DNA of 59,146 nucleotides, counting the filler, from Jimgerdemannia flammicorona (Eukaryota): assembly GCA_003990765.1 (NCBI GenBank). It is 2 parts of 2 records of this genome, joined end to end, with 100 filler letters (N's around TTAATTAATTAA, not from the genome) between each part and the next. Parts side by side here need not be neighbours in the genome. Positions count along the whole stretch, not along the records: positions 1 to 29,524 come from RBNJ01000492.1; 1 more part is not named here. The stretch is one strand, 5' to 3'. Position 1 is the stretch's first letter; each line of letters opens with the position of its first letter. The notes beneath the pieces were generated by a model that was not told the DNA's origin, ran no database searches, and worked only from the letters and a program-made list of their open reading frames with translations. Both the position numbers and the translations under genes were made by a program. Shown here one piece after another: positions 1-12,491 of the stretch.

Positions 1-128
1 AATACAATATATATATATTGAGCCTCTTGATGGGTCTTGAGCTTCTTAAATCATTGTCTTATACATATTATGAATTATTGCTTAGAGCTAAATCAAGTAG
101 CTATGATTAAAAATCAGTATATTTTAAC

Positions 129-592
129 TGTAATAATTCTAGTTTCTTTAAGAGAAAGTGGCTAAATCTGGAAGTTCTAGTTGGTCTAAAGTAGCTCAAA
201 GAGATACTTAAAGGTTCAAGTATTCTTGAAGGATTTCTGAAAGAAAATATTCTGAGCTTTTTTCAGATAGAGAACAAGGATATTTATATATGATCTGAAA
301 GAAAGATCTGGAAGGATCTTGGAAAGAAAGAGAAATATCAAGAAATAGATTCTTGGCAAAGCTAACTAATACTATTCTACAATGTTCTGAAAGATTTCAT
401 AACTAGCTAAAACAAGATACTTGGTACTAAGGAAAGATAAAAATGTTCTAGTAGTGTCTGGATGCTGAGAGAAGGTTTTTAAGCAAGTAGAAAGTAGTGG
501 AATATAGTAAAATATTCAAGAAATAATAAGAAAAGACTAACTAAAAGATATGAAAATATACTAAGACTAAATATAACTGTGAAATTATTACA
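129..592 (-). repeat. 3' LTR of the outer chromovirus (464 bp, TG...CA), with polypurine tract at 593-605
   Basis: Begins TGTAAT and ends TTACA. Aligns along its length with 4595-5059 and 10655-11119. Adjacent tctcttccttctt reads as a PPT on the minus strand. Confidence 0.92.
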
Positions 593-3500
593 TCTCTTCC
601 TTCTTAAGAATTAATATCCTTATTGAGTTCTTAGGTAACACAAGACTAGATATACTTAACCAAAATTTCTCAAACTTATATTGGTATATTAGTAGAGATT
701 GACCATCCTCATATACTATTATCAGACTAACCAACTAGGAGGGGTTTGAATCCAGTTAGTAGCTTCATTTTGGTAGACTTTTTGTTCATTAAATGTTCTG
801 CTAGTTCTAGGGTCCCAAAGTAAACTTCTGATGCATAAGGTACTGATTATTATCATAGGTCATTGATAATCCAAGAAAGTCACTATAGAGATTGGGTAAT
901 ATATTTTATCTTGAAGTCTTAAACTAGATCTTGAGAGTTCTTGAGATTGACCAGTAGTTCTCAGGTAGCATTATATTCAGGGTAACCCATCTACTTGACT
1001 AGATATTCAGGATGACAGTAGCAGATTCATTTATTAAGGATTTTCTCAGCTTTGTACTTAATATGATCTTCAATAATTACAGGGGTAGATGGCTTAGAAA
1101 TTTAACCAGAGTAGAGCAGTGACTGGTTTCAGATCTTGAGGTATAATATATAAAAGACTTAGTGTACTCTCATGGTTTCAGATAACTTAAGGCAGTAGGA
1201 GGATATAAAGACTTGTTCAGTGATCTCAAAAGATCCAATATACTTGGGTTGGAACTTGTTCAAAGGGTAGTTGACTTGAGATTGTATCTTGAGGTTCTCA
1301 GTAGATAGTAGGACTTGATCTTCAACAGTATAAGTGACATTACAGCATTTCTTATCAGTATACTTAGCTTGATACTTTTGAGCCTTCTGAAGATTCACAG
1401 TAGTAATCTTGAATAGTTTGTCTATTTTGTCTATAAGATTCTTAGTGATAGAGACTTGTATTTAACTACTTTTCTTGAAAGAGAATAGACTTGCAGGGGT
1501 CTTGAGATCTTGACTGTAGAGTAATCAGAAAGAGAAAAGACCAGTAGATAATTGTATGGCATTGTTGTATGCAAACTCCATATAAGTCAGATAATAGTCC
1601 CAATTATCTTACTTATAAAAAATATAGTTTCTAAGCATTTATTCTAGAGTTCTGTTCATGTGCTTGGTTTGTTCATTAGTTTATAGATATAAGGTAGTAG
1701 ACATAGCCAATTGGATTTCCAGAGTCTTGAAGAGAGTTTGTCAGAAGTAACTGGTAAACTTGGGATCACAATTACTGACAATTACTCATAGTAGGTTATA
1801 GTGATAGAAGATAGACTTGAAGAAGATTCTTGTAATCTCAGATATAGTAGCATTAGTAGTGATTGGTTCAGCAACTATAGTCTTGGTCAGGTAGTCAATA
1901 AATATGATAATAGCATCAGCACCAGATTAAGTTTGTGATAGTTGAGTTACAAAGTCCATGGTAACTTACTTGAATTTCTTAGTGAGAATTAGTAGTAGTT
2001 GTAGCAAACCAGTTAGTACTTAGTTGGTAGACTTGTTGCACTAGTATAGATTATAGCTAGTAATATAGTTCTTGATTTCCTTGACTATACTTGGCCAATA
2101 ATAGTAGTGTTGAATGTTTTTGACAGTCTTCTTGATTCCCAGGTAACCAGTAAGAGGAGAGTTATGGTGTTCTTGCAAAACCTTATAGTATAGGTTCATG
2201 TTTTCAGATAGGTAGACTTGATCTTGATAATAGATCAGGTTGTTCTCAATAGTATATATATCTTTGAGCTCATTTGAGGAAACTCTAGTAGTGACTGTGT
2301 CTTCTTTATAAGCTTACCTAATTTGGTCTAGGAATTCTGATACCAAGGTAACTTACATAATTGTGGTGAGGTTGAGATATCTTGATAAGGAATCTGATAC
2401 TACAAGTGTCTTGCCAGGCTTATAGATGATCATCAGATTGAAGGTTTGAAGCTTGAGGCTCTACTTGGCTTATAGATATGACAGAGTAGGTTGGGTATTG
2501 ATATACTTAAGAGATTGATGATCAGTGATGACATCAAACTCAATACCTTCTAGATAGCATCACTAGTAGTCTAGTATATATATTATTGCCAGTAGTTCCT
2601 TCTTGTGGGTAGCTAGCTTTTATTCAGCTGGGGCCAACTTGTAGGACTCAAAAGCAATAAGATAATGTTCTTTGCCATCATCTTGTAATAGAACTGCTCT
2701 AATAGCAAAATTCAATATATCAGTAGTGATTATGAATTTTAGGGCTTGATCTGCATTATACAGGACTAGAGCATGGGTCAGGCAGTTCTTGAGTTATTGA
2801 AAAGCTTGTTAATAGAAGAGATCCCAGGTGTAGGGTATATAGTGGTCCAAGTGCAGAATCTTCCTCATGAGATTAGTCAGTAGCTCAGCAATACCAGAGA
2901 AGTTTTCTGATAAAGTGGCAGTAATAGCTAGCTAGACCAAGGAAGGATCAGAGTTCTGTAAGGTTTAATGGAATAGACTATTCTTCAATTGCTTCTATCT
3001 TATATAGGTCTACTTAAATTCCTTATGTAGAGACAATGTAGCCAAGATATTCAACTTGTTTCTTGAAGAATTTGTACTTCTTAAGCTTGGTATAAAGCTT
3101 GTGTTTTTGCAGGATCTCTAGGACTATTCAAATATATTTGAGATATTCTTCTTTAGTTGCACTAAAGATCAGAATGTCATCAAGATATACCAATAGAAAA
3201 ATAAATAATTGATCCTTGAATATCTTGTTCATTAGGGTCTGGAATGTGGGAGATACATTGGTGAGACCAAATGCTAAGACTAAGAATTCATAGAGTCCAA
3301 AAGAGATCATGAATGCAGTCTTGGGAATATCTTCTGACTTAATTCAGATCTGGTGGTATCCTGATATAAGGTCCAACTTAGTGAAGTACTTAGTATTCTT
3401 GAGAGCATCAAAGATTTGATCAATCAAGAGTAGTAGATAGTAGTTCTTGATAGTGAGTTTGTTGGGTATATGATAGTCTATGTACATTCACAGGGTATCA

Positions 3501-4594
3501 TCCTTCTTTTTAATGAATAAGACTAGTGAGCTATAGGGAAATTTGCTTGGCTAGATGGCTTCTCATATAAGTAGTTCTTCTAGTTCCTTCTTGACTGCTT
3601 CAATTTCAAGTAGTGATATACAGTATATATATTTCTTGGGTAGTACTGCTTCTGGAGTGAGTTTAATTTCATAATCAACTTCTCATATATGTAGGTAGTA
3701 GACCAGGTAGCTTGTCTGGAAAGATATCCTTGAATTTTTCTAGCAGTAACTTGATGTTTTTATTGACTGATAGTCTCTTGTCTTATTTCTTGAGATAGAT
3801 TATTACAATAAAGGTATGCATTGTCTTCTTGAGTACTCTCTTATACTATATAGCTGATAGTATTGCAATCTGAGTCTTGCTCATAGTCTTGTCTGTCTTG
3901 ATAGTAATATTGGCTCTATCTTGAAGTAGGGTGACTTCATTCTTGCATCAATCAATGTCTGGGTTGGGTTTCATAAGCTAGGGTTTTCTTGAATTAGGTC
4001 ATGATCTCTTAGTGGTACAACCTTGAAGTCTACTCATTCTCAATATTTCTGGATCTTGATGGGTAGTTTGGTAGCAATTAACTCAATGGGATGCAGAGGA
4101 CTATCTGTAGTGACTATACTATTGTTCTTAGGTACAGGCTTGGTAAAGATCTTGAGGCTTTTGATGAGATACTAATTGATGAAGTTCCCTGCAGCTCTAC
4201 TGTCTATGAGTACTTGAATTCTTTTTCTTTGACTAGATCTTTGAAAATGAGCATAGCTTGAGCTCAATTTTCACTAAGACTTGCTATTTGATCAGTGCTG
4301 TCAAAACCTTTTTGATCTTGTTTAGTTTTGGAGAGTTATTGAACTTCTGTAATCTTGAGTTAACTGGATCATTTGCATGACTTGGTCTCCTTCTTTAACT
4401 GTATAGTCTTAATTCTTCTGGTTAATTAGTAGAACTTGAACTTGTCCTCAAAAGTCTGGATCAATGATACCAGTACCTATATCTAAATGATGTTTGACAC
4501 TAAGTCCTGATTATAATGTAATTCTGGTATAATATCCTTCAGAGCATTGAACTGCAATTCCAGTAGATACCAGAGTTTGGCCATTGGCTGGAAT

Positions 4595-5059
4595 TGTAAT
4601 GATTCTAGTTTCTTTAAAAGGAAGTGGCTTAAATCTAGAAGTTCTGGTTGGCCTAAAGTAGCTCAAAGAAATACTTAAAGATTCAAGTATTCTTAAAGGA
4701 TTTCTGAAAGAAAATATTCTGAGCTTTATTTAGGCAGAGAACAAGGATATTTATACATAATCTGAAAGAAAGATCTGGAAGGATCTTAGAAAGAAAGAGA
4801 AATACCAAGAAATAGATTCTCAGAAAAGCTGACTAATACTATTCTACAATATTCTGAAAGGTTCCATAACTAGCTAAGATAAGGTGCTTGGTGCCAAGAA
4901 AAGACAAGAATGTTCTAGTGGTGTTTGGGTGCTGAGAGAAGGTTTCTAAGCAAGTAGAAGGTGATAGAACATAGTAGAATATTTAAGAAATGACAAGAAA
5001 AGACTAACTAAAAGATGTGAAAATATACTAAGACTAAATATAACTGTGAAATTGTTACA
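4595..5059 (-). repeat. 3' LTR of the inner chromovirus
   Basis: tgtaat...gttaca, 465 bp, directly flanked by the PPT (tctctctctcctt on the plus strand). Confidence 0.95.
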
Positions 5060-5391
5060 TCTCTCTCTCCTTAAGAACTAATATCCTCATTAAGTTTTTA
5101 GGTAACATAAGACTAGATATACTTAACCAAAATTTCTCAAACTTAAATTGGTACATTGATAGGGATTGGCCATCCTCATATAGGACAGAGGGCCTATTAC
5201 TGGACTAACTAACTGGGAGGGGTTTGAACCCAGCTAGTAGCTTCATTTTGGTGGACTTCTTGTTCATTAAATGTTCTGCTGGTTCTGGGGTCCCAAAGTA
5301 AACTTCTGATGTATAAGGCACTGGTCTTTGCTATAGATCATCGACAATCTAAGGAAGTCACTACAAGGATTAGGTAATGCATTTTGCCTTG

Positions 5392-5538
5392 AAGTCTTGA
5401 ACTAGATCTTGAGAGTTCTTGAGGTTGACCAGTGGTTCCCAGGTAGCATCATATTCAGAATAACTCATCTACTTGACTAGGTATTCAGGACAGTAGTAGC
5501 AGATTCATTTGTCAAGGATTTTCTCAGCTTCATACTCA
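5392..5538 (-). pseudogene. Chromodomain at the integrase C-terminus (degenerate)
   Basis: Manual translation EYEAEKILDK*ICYYCPEYLVK*MSYSEYDATWEPLVNLKNSQDLVQDFK matches the chromodomain pattern. The outer copy has the same at about 912-1059. Confidence 0.9.
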
Positions 5539-8382
5539 ATATGGTCTTCAATAATCATAGGGGTGGAAGGTTTAGGAATTTGACCTGAGTAGGGTGGTGA
5601 CTGGTTCCAGGTCTTGAGGTGTAATATATGAAAGACTGGGTGTACTCTTATGGTTTCAGGTAGCTTGAGGTGGTAGGAGGATGCAGAAACTTGTTCAGTG
5701 ATCTCAAAAGGTCCAATATACTTGGGTTGAAACTTGTTTGAAAGGCAGTTAACTTGAGATTATATCTTGAGGTTCTTGGTAGACAGTAGGACTTGATCTC
5801 TAATAGTATAAGTGACATCACAGTGTTTCTTATCAGCATACTTGACTTGATGCTATTGAGTCTTCTGAAGATTCATGGTAGCAATCTTGAGTAGTTCATC
5901 CATTTTGTCTGTATTCTTGGCAGTTGGGACTTGTATTTGACTGGTTTTCTTGAAAGAAAAGAGACTTACAGGGGTCTCAGGATCTTGACCATAAAGTAAT
6001 CAGAAAGGGGAAAGACCAGTAGATGATTGGATGACATTATTGTATGCAAACTCTACATACGTCAGATAGATGTCCCAATCATCTTACTTATAAGAAATAT
6101 AGTTTTTAAGCATTTGTTCTAGAGTTCTGTTCATGTGCTCAGTTTGTCCATCTATTTGTGGGTGAAAAGCAGTAGATATAGCCAATTAGGTTCCCAGAGT
6201 CTTGAAGAGGGTTTACTGGAAGTGACTGGTGAATTTGGGGTCATGATCACTAACAATTACTCAGGGTAGACCATAGTGATAGAAGATAGACTTGAAGAAG
6301 ATTCTTGCAATCTTGGGTGCAGTAGCATTGATAGTGGTTGGTTCAGTAACCACAGTCTTAGTCAGGCAGTCAATGAATATGACAATAGCATCAGCACCAA
6401 ATTGAGTTCATAGTAGTTGAGTTACAAAGTCCATGGTAACTTACTCAAACTTCTTGGTAGGAATTGGCAGTGGTTGTAGCAAACTGGTAGGTGCTTGATT
6501 GGTAGACTTATTGCACTAATATAGATCACAGCTGGTAACATAGTTCTTGATTTTCTTGACCATATTTGGTCAATAGTAGTAGCATTGAATATTCTTGACA
6601 ATCTTCTCAATTCCCAGATAACTGACAAGAGGGAAGTCATAGTGTTCTTGCAAAACCTTATAGTATATATTTATGTTTTCAGATAGATAGACTTGATCTT
6701 GATGATAGATCAGACTGTTCTCAACAGTATATATATCCTTGAGTTTGTTCAAGAAAACTCTAGTGGCAACTGTATCTTCTTTGTAAGCTTGCCTGATTTG
6801 GTCTAGGAATTCTGATGCCAAGGTGACTTGCATGATTGTGGCAAGGTCTGGACATCTTGATAAGATATCTGATACTACAAGTATCTTACCAGGCTTATAG
6901 ATGATCGTTGGGTTAAAGGTTTGAAGCTTGAGACTCTACTTGGCTTATAGACATGATAGAGTAGATTGGGTGTTGATGTACTTGAGGGATTGATGATCAG
7001 TAATAATATCAAACTCAATATCTTCTAGATAGTATCACCAGTAGTTTAGTATATGTATTATTGCTAGTAGTTCCTTCTTATGAGTAGCTAGCTTTTTTTC
7101 AGCTGGGATCAGCTTGTGGGACTCAAAAGTAATAGGGTAATGTCCTTTTGATAGGACTACTCCAATGGCAAAATTTAATATATCAGTGATGACTGTGAAT
7201 TTTAGGCCTTGATCTGCATTATGCAGGACTGAAGCATGGGTCAGACAGTTCTTGAGTTCTTGAAAAGCTTGTTGACAGAAGAGGTCCCAGGTGTAGGGTA
7301 CATAGTGGTCTGAGTGCAGGACCTTCCTCATGAGGTTAGTTAGTAGCTCAGCGATATTAGAGAAGTTTCTGATAAAGTGGTGGTAATAGCCAGCTAGACC
7401 AAGGAAGGATTGAAGTTCTGTGAGGTTTGATGGAATGGGTCATTCTTCAATTGCTTCTATCTTGTATGGGTCTACTTGAATTCCTTATACAGAGACAATG
7501 TGGCCAAGGTATTCAACTTGTTCCTTGAAGAATTCACACTTCTTGAGCTAGGCATAAAGCTTGTATTTTCACAGAATCTCCAGGACTATTCAAATGTGTT
7601 TAAGATGTTCTTCTTTAGTTGCACTAAAGATCAGAATATCATCAAGATATACCAACAAGAAAATAAATAGTTGGTCCTTGAATATCTTATTCATTAGAGT
7701 CTGGAATATAGTGGGTATATTGGTGAGATCAAATTCTAAGATCAGAAATTTATAGAGTTCAAAGAGGGTCATGAATGCAGTCTTGGGAATGTCTTCTGAC
7801 TTGATTCAAATCTGGTGGTATCCTGACATAAGGTCTAACTTGGTAAAGTACTTGGCATTCTTGAGAGTATCAAAGATTTGATTGATTAAGGGTAGTGGAT
7901 AGCAGTTCTTGATAGTGAGTTTGTTGAGTATACAATAGTCTATGTAAATTTGCAGGGTACCATCCTTCTTTTTCATGAATAAGACTGGTGAGCTATAAGG
8001 AGATTTACTTGGCTAGATAGCTCCTCTTGCAAGTAGTTCTTCTAGTTCCTTCAATTTTGAGTAGTGATATGCAATACATGTGTTTCTTGGATGGTACAGC
8101 TCCTGGGGTCAGTTTGATTTCATGATCAACTTCTTGTATAGGTGGTAGACCAGGTAACTTGTCTGGAAAGACATTCTTGAATTCTTCTAGTAGTAGTTTA
8201 ATATTTTTATTGACTGAGAGTCTCTTGTCTTATTTCTTGGGGCAGATCATTATATGTAACAAAGGCATGTATTGCCTTCTTGAGTGCTTTCTTGTACTAT
8301 ATAGCTAACAGTATTGCAATCTGGGTCTTGCTTGTAGTTTTGTCTGTCTTAATCATAATGTTGGCTCTATCTTGAAGTAAGA

Positions 8383-8802
8383 TTTTTTTTTTTATAGTTA
8401 CTTGGACTCTGCCATTTATTACCCATCTATTAATAAGTTTACAGTATTTCCTCCCACTACCTGATCTCTATAGGGAAGTCTCTCCCCACTCTCTCCTAAA
8501 CAAAGACCACCTTCTCACCCACTACTCTAACTCTCCCCTGCTCTGCCTATAGATTTTCTCCACCAAGTGATATCTTTGACCACCCTGCAACCCCCAACCA
8601 AGCCACCAGTCTATCAGGGTGTCTTTCATAAGGCTATGCCACTGCAGCAGCCAGACCCCCAAGCCCAGTCTTCTTCCATCCTCAAAAACAAATAGCCAGT
8701 GACTGGCCAACCCCACCCAAATGGCCAAAGCCCAGCCTAATGTGAGCCATTCCTTTTGCACCCCTCCCCCACTAGTCTATCTCTCAAATCCTCCCACCAC
8801 TC
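8383..8802 (-). mobile_element. 5'-truncated L1-like LINE (3' end only), inserted between the PR and RT regions of the inner chromovirus
   Basis: Poly(T) at 8383-8393 and TSD cttgaagtaag at 8371-8381 and 8803-8813. The empty site is visible in the outer copy at about 3920. ORF 8522-8761 (WLTLGWALAIWVGLASHWLFVFEDG) matches the LINE ORF2 C-termini elsewhere in the window. Confidence 0.92.
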
Positions 8803-9175
8803 CTTGAAGTAAGGTAACTTCATTCTTAAACTAATCAATGTCTGGATTGTATTTCATAAGCTAGGATTTTCCTCAGATCAGGTCATAATCTCCTAGTAGT
8901 GCAATCTTGAAGTCTACTCATTCTCAATATTTCTGGATCTTGATGGGCAGTTTGGTGGCAATTGACTTAATGGGGTGCAGAGTACCATCTGCAGTGACTA
9001 TACTATTGTTCTTGGATATAGGCTTGGTGAGAATCTTGAGGCTTTCAATGAGATTCTGATTGATGAAGTTCTCTGTAGCTCTGCTGTCTATGAGTATTTG
9101 AACTTCTTTCTCTTTGACTAGGCCTTTGAAAATGAGCATAGCTTGAGCTTGATTTTCACTAAGACTTGCTGCTTA

Positions 9176-9586
9176 ATCAGTGCTACCAAAATCCTTTTGA
9201 TCTCATTTGGTTTCAGGGAGTTCTTGGACTTCTGTAATCTTAAGTTGACTGGCTTTTTCCAGAATCATTTGCACAACTTGGTCTCTTTCTTTAACTGTAT
9301 AGTCTTGATTCTTCTAGTTGACAAGCAAGACTTGGACTTATCCTTAAAAGTCTGGGTCAATGATATCAGTATCTATATCTAAATGATATTTGATACTAAG
9401 TCCTAATTATAATGCAATTCTAGCATAATGTCCTTCAGGACATTGAACTGTAATTCCAGTAAGTATCAGAGTATGGCCCTTGGCTGGAATAGTGACTTGT
9501 TTGACTGAGTGTAGGTCAAGACCAATGGCTCCTTCTGTTTGATATTGAGAGACCTGAGCCTTCAGATGAAGCTTCTTAACCTTGAG
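9176..9586 (-). pseudogene. dut: Trimeric dUTPase domain of the chromovirus polyprotein
   Basis: LKVKKLH..EGAIGLDL..TGITVQCPEGHYARIA.*SGL..IIDPDF..; DQKDFGSTD. All five dUTPase motifs are recognisable. A split copy lies at 4291-4594 and 11125-11220. Confidence 0.9.
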
Positions 9587-10640
9587 CTCAAGTTTACTAA
9601 TAGTGAGATTGACGGGTATGTCCTTGGACAATATAGTGACTGATCTTGAGGGTTTGCTAGTCTTCCTAGGACATTTGGTTATAATGTGTCCTGTTTGGTG
9701 ACAGAAGAAACAGGCTCTGGATTTCTTCAGGTAGTCCTTTTCTTCAGGAGTGAGCTTAGTGTTCTTTTTATTCATAGTGTCTAAGTCCATTAGTGCCAGG
9801 CTAACTGTCCTTGGTTGGTTTCTGTGGCAGTTCTTGAAGTAGTTCTTCTTGTAGCATTCTGGTTCAAAGTGGTTGCCAAATGTGATGACATCAAATCTAT
9901 TAGTGATTCTCATGACTTTGTCAAGAGTTTTGGACTCTTCTAGCTTGACCTTAACTCATGTATTTTCCTTCAGATCTCAGATATAGCAGTCTATCTTTTC
10001 ATCCTCAGATACTGCTAGTAGCTCAAGTAGGATTGATAAGAATTATGCATTGTAGCTTTGCACAGACTTGAGTTGCTTGATGTTCACTAGCTTGTCCCTG
10101 GCTAGCTTGGTGGTATTAGCAGGCTTGAACTACTTATAAAGGGCTCTCTTGAAAGCTTCCCAATCTCTAATTCATACATATGAGTATACAGATATAACTA
10201 TAATATAATTATGCCACCAGATGACTGTATTTCCTCAGAGAAGTATGATAGCAAATTGGACTTGTATATTATCTTCCATTCTTGTGAGTTTGAAGTATTG
10301 GTCTAACTGGAAGGTCCATGCATCTGTAGATAGTCCTCCTCAATAACTGTTGAAGGTATCTGGCTTGAGTGGCTTGAAACTGACTGGTACTATAGCAGAA
10401 TATGATGTACCCACAGTTTGTATTTTCTGCTGTTTTAGTTGTACTTGAAGTTCTTAAATTTGGTGGGCCATAGCATTGATTATATCTTTTATACCAAGTT
10501 ACTGTCCTCCTACTTCTTCTATAGCAGAGGGGTCTGGCTGGTAGGCTGACTCTTCATAGCTCATTTCAGGTTTGTGTAACTAGTTGTAACTAGTTTTCAA
10601 ATTCATATGAGGTTTCTTAATAAGACAAAGTATAATGACA

Positions 10641-10652
10641 TCACTACTACCA
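10641..10652 (-). promoter_or_regulatory. Putative primer-binding site (TGGTAGTAG..., resembling an initiator tRNA-Met PBS after C>T)
   Basis: Lies about 2 nt inside the 5' LTR end and starts TGG, complementary to tRNA CCA. Confidence 0.55.
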
Positions 10653-10654
10653 AG

Positions 10655-11119
10655 TGTAATGGTTCTAGTTTCTTTAAGAGGAAGTGGCTTAAATCTGGAA
10701 GTTCTGGTTGGCCTAAAGTAGCTCAAAGAGATACTTAAAGGTTCAAGTATTCTTGAAGAATTTCTGGGAGAAAATGTTCTGAGCTTTATTTAGGCAGAGA
10801 ACAAGGATATTTATACATGATCTGAAAGAAAGATCTAGAAGGATCTTGGAAAAAAAGAGAAATACCAAGAAATAGATTCTCAGCAAAGCTGACTAATACT
10901 ATTCTATAATGTTCCAAAAGGTTTCATAACTAGCTAAGACAAGATACTTGATGCTAAGGAAAGACAAGAATGTTCTAGTAGTGTCTGGATGCTGAGAGAA
11001 GGTTTCTAAGCAAGTAGAAGGTGACAGAATATAGTAGAATGTTTAAGAAATGACAAGAAAAGACTAACTAAAAGATGCAAAAATGTACTAAGACTAAATA
11101 TGACTGTGAAATTGTTACA
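10655..11119 (-). repeat. 5' LTR of the inner chromovirus
   Basis: 465 bp, TG...CA, aligns with 4595-5059, followed by TSD GGAAT. Confidence 0.95.
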
Positions 11120-11567
11120 GGAATAGTGACTCATTTGATAGAGTATAGGTCAAGACCAATGGTTTCTTCTGTTTGATATTGAGGAACCTGAGCCTTCAGA
11201 TAAAGCTTCTTAACCTTGAGCTTAGGTTGACTGATAGTGGGATTGATAGATGTATTCTTGGACAACATGGTAACTGATCTTGAGAGTTTACTCTGTTTGG
11301 CAACAGAAGAAATAGGCTTCAGATTTCTTCAGATGGTCCTTTTCTTCAGAAGTGAGCTTGGTATTCTTTTTATTCACGGTGTCCAAATCTATTGGTATTG
11401 GGCCAACTGTTCTTGATTGGTTTCTATGGTGGTTCTCAAAGTGGTTCTTCTTATAGTGTTTTGGTTCAAAATAGTTACCAAAGGTGATGACATCAAACCT
11501 ATCAGTGATTCTCATGACTTTATTAAGGTTTTTGGGCTCTTCTAGCTCAATCTTGACTCATGTATTT

Positions 11568-11569
<2 letters not shown>

Positions 11570-11643
<74 letters not shown>

Positions 11644-12376
11644 GTCACTTAGACTTCTTTATTACGAACTATCTAATACAATAACAACTAACCACAAACC
11701 ACTACTAATATCCCATAATATACATAAGTAGAGTTCTTCAGCTAACTCTTTCCTTCCATCTTACCCTATGATCATCTAACACTAGATACCCTTGACTCTG
11801 TTGTATAATATCCTGCACCTTCTTTAAGGCCCCTGATTGAAGTTGCTTCCCTGATACCACCACTCCTATACCACCTCCTGGAGAAGCCACCTCTACCACT
11901 CTACCATCTCTCCAATTTCCATCCATGGGTCCTGTTCAAAAATCCACCTCCAATGCATCACTATCAGGACTCAGACCCCCAAAACTTGGCCTAGGCCTTC
12001 CTATATATCACCAATCTCTCCCACCAGCCAGTGCTTGACCATCAGACTGGCCAGATCTTCTGCCCTTTACCTCTCTGGGCTCCAGTAAACTTCTAAACTC
12101 TGCCAAAACCCTTCTACGCCTGGGCAGGCCACCAGAATATGTTCTGGTGTCTGAATAACTCCACCATCCACCTTATTATACCACTCACAGTTCTGATAGC
12201 CATCTATCTCCATCCAGTCTATCCAATAGCTCAGCATCATATTATATCTCAAGAATCACCACCAGACCACCCAGTACTTGGGTGACACCATCTTGTGTAC
12301 TGAGGCTCTCCAATTCTAGATTTGAACCCACTCTCAGTTCTCATCAATATCAACTCTCTGCCAACCAGATGGCCAA
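11570..12376 (-). mobile_element. L1-like LINE 3' fragment with a 71-nt poly(A) tail, inserted in the outer chromovirus gag
   Basis: Poly(T) at 11570-11640 and the shared 3' motif at 11641-11655. ORF 12067-12252 carries the ORF2 C-terminal zinc finger remnant (CEWY...QTPEHILVAC). Confidence 0.88.
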
Positions 12377-12485
12377 GCTTATCATTTTCTACTACTTGAC
12401 CCTTTACTGCCAATTTTCATATTCACCATAATAGTATCACATCTCACTCTAAACTATTCCTCTATTCTTTACTTGTTTTATAATA
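12375..12485 (+). repeat. Left 111-bp terminal direct repeat of the PLE-like element
   Basis: Matches 16256-16366 with 7 mismatches by hand count, all transitions. Confidence 0.93.
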
Positions 12486-12491
12486 TACAAT

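Larger units (their letters stand above)
5070..10564 (-). pseudogene. gag-dUTPase-pol polyprotein of the inner chromovirus, with many premature stops
   Basis: The ATG at 10564, ORF 9407-9913 (CCHC + dUTPase) and ORF 8924-9139 (protease) share one frame. RT, RNase H and IN fragments lie in ORFs 7590-7772, 7035-7331 and 6570-6833. Confidence 0.88.
4595..11119 (-). mobile_element. Inner full-length Ty3/Gypsy chromovirus (LTR-gag-CCHC-dUTPase-PR-RT-RNaseH-IN-chromodomain-LTR), inactivated by stop codons
   Basis: Two 465-bp LTRs, 5-bp TSD GGAAT at 4590-4594 and 11120-11124, PPT at 5060-5072, PBS-like TGGTAGTAG. Motifs CFFCHQTGHIITKC, ILIDSRATENF, YLDD and a chromodomain. Confidence 0.96.
129..11569 (-). 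mobile_element. Outer Ty3/Gypsy chromovirus, degenerate. 3' LTR, pol, dUTPase and 3' part of gag are present; it is interrupted by a nested same-family element at 4595-11119 and truncated in gag by a LINE. No 5' LTR in the window.
   Basis: RT YLDD motif in ORF 3128-3310, integrase GPF/Y-like ORF 1159-1398 and chromodomain at about 912-1059. Sequences at 4594 and 11125 rejoin into the dUTPase seen uninterrupted in the inner copy at about 9481. Confidence 0.93.

Noticed and set aside
11484..11684. Poly-Phe or poly-Lys ORFs (also 25066, 27150, 29335, 34552, 34784)
   Set aside because: Translations of homopolymer tails.
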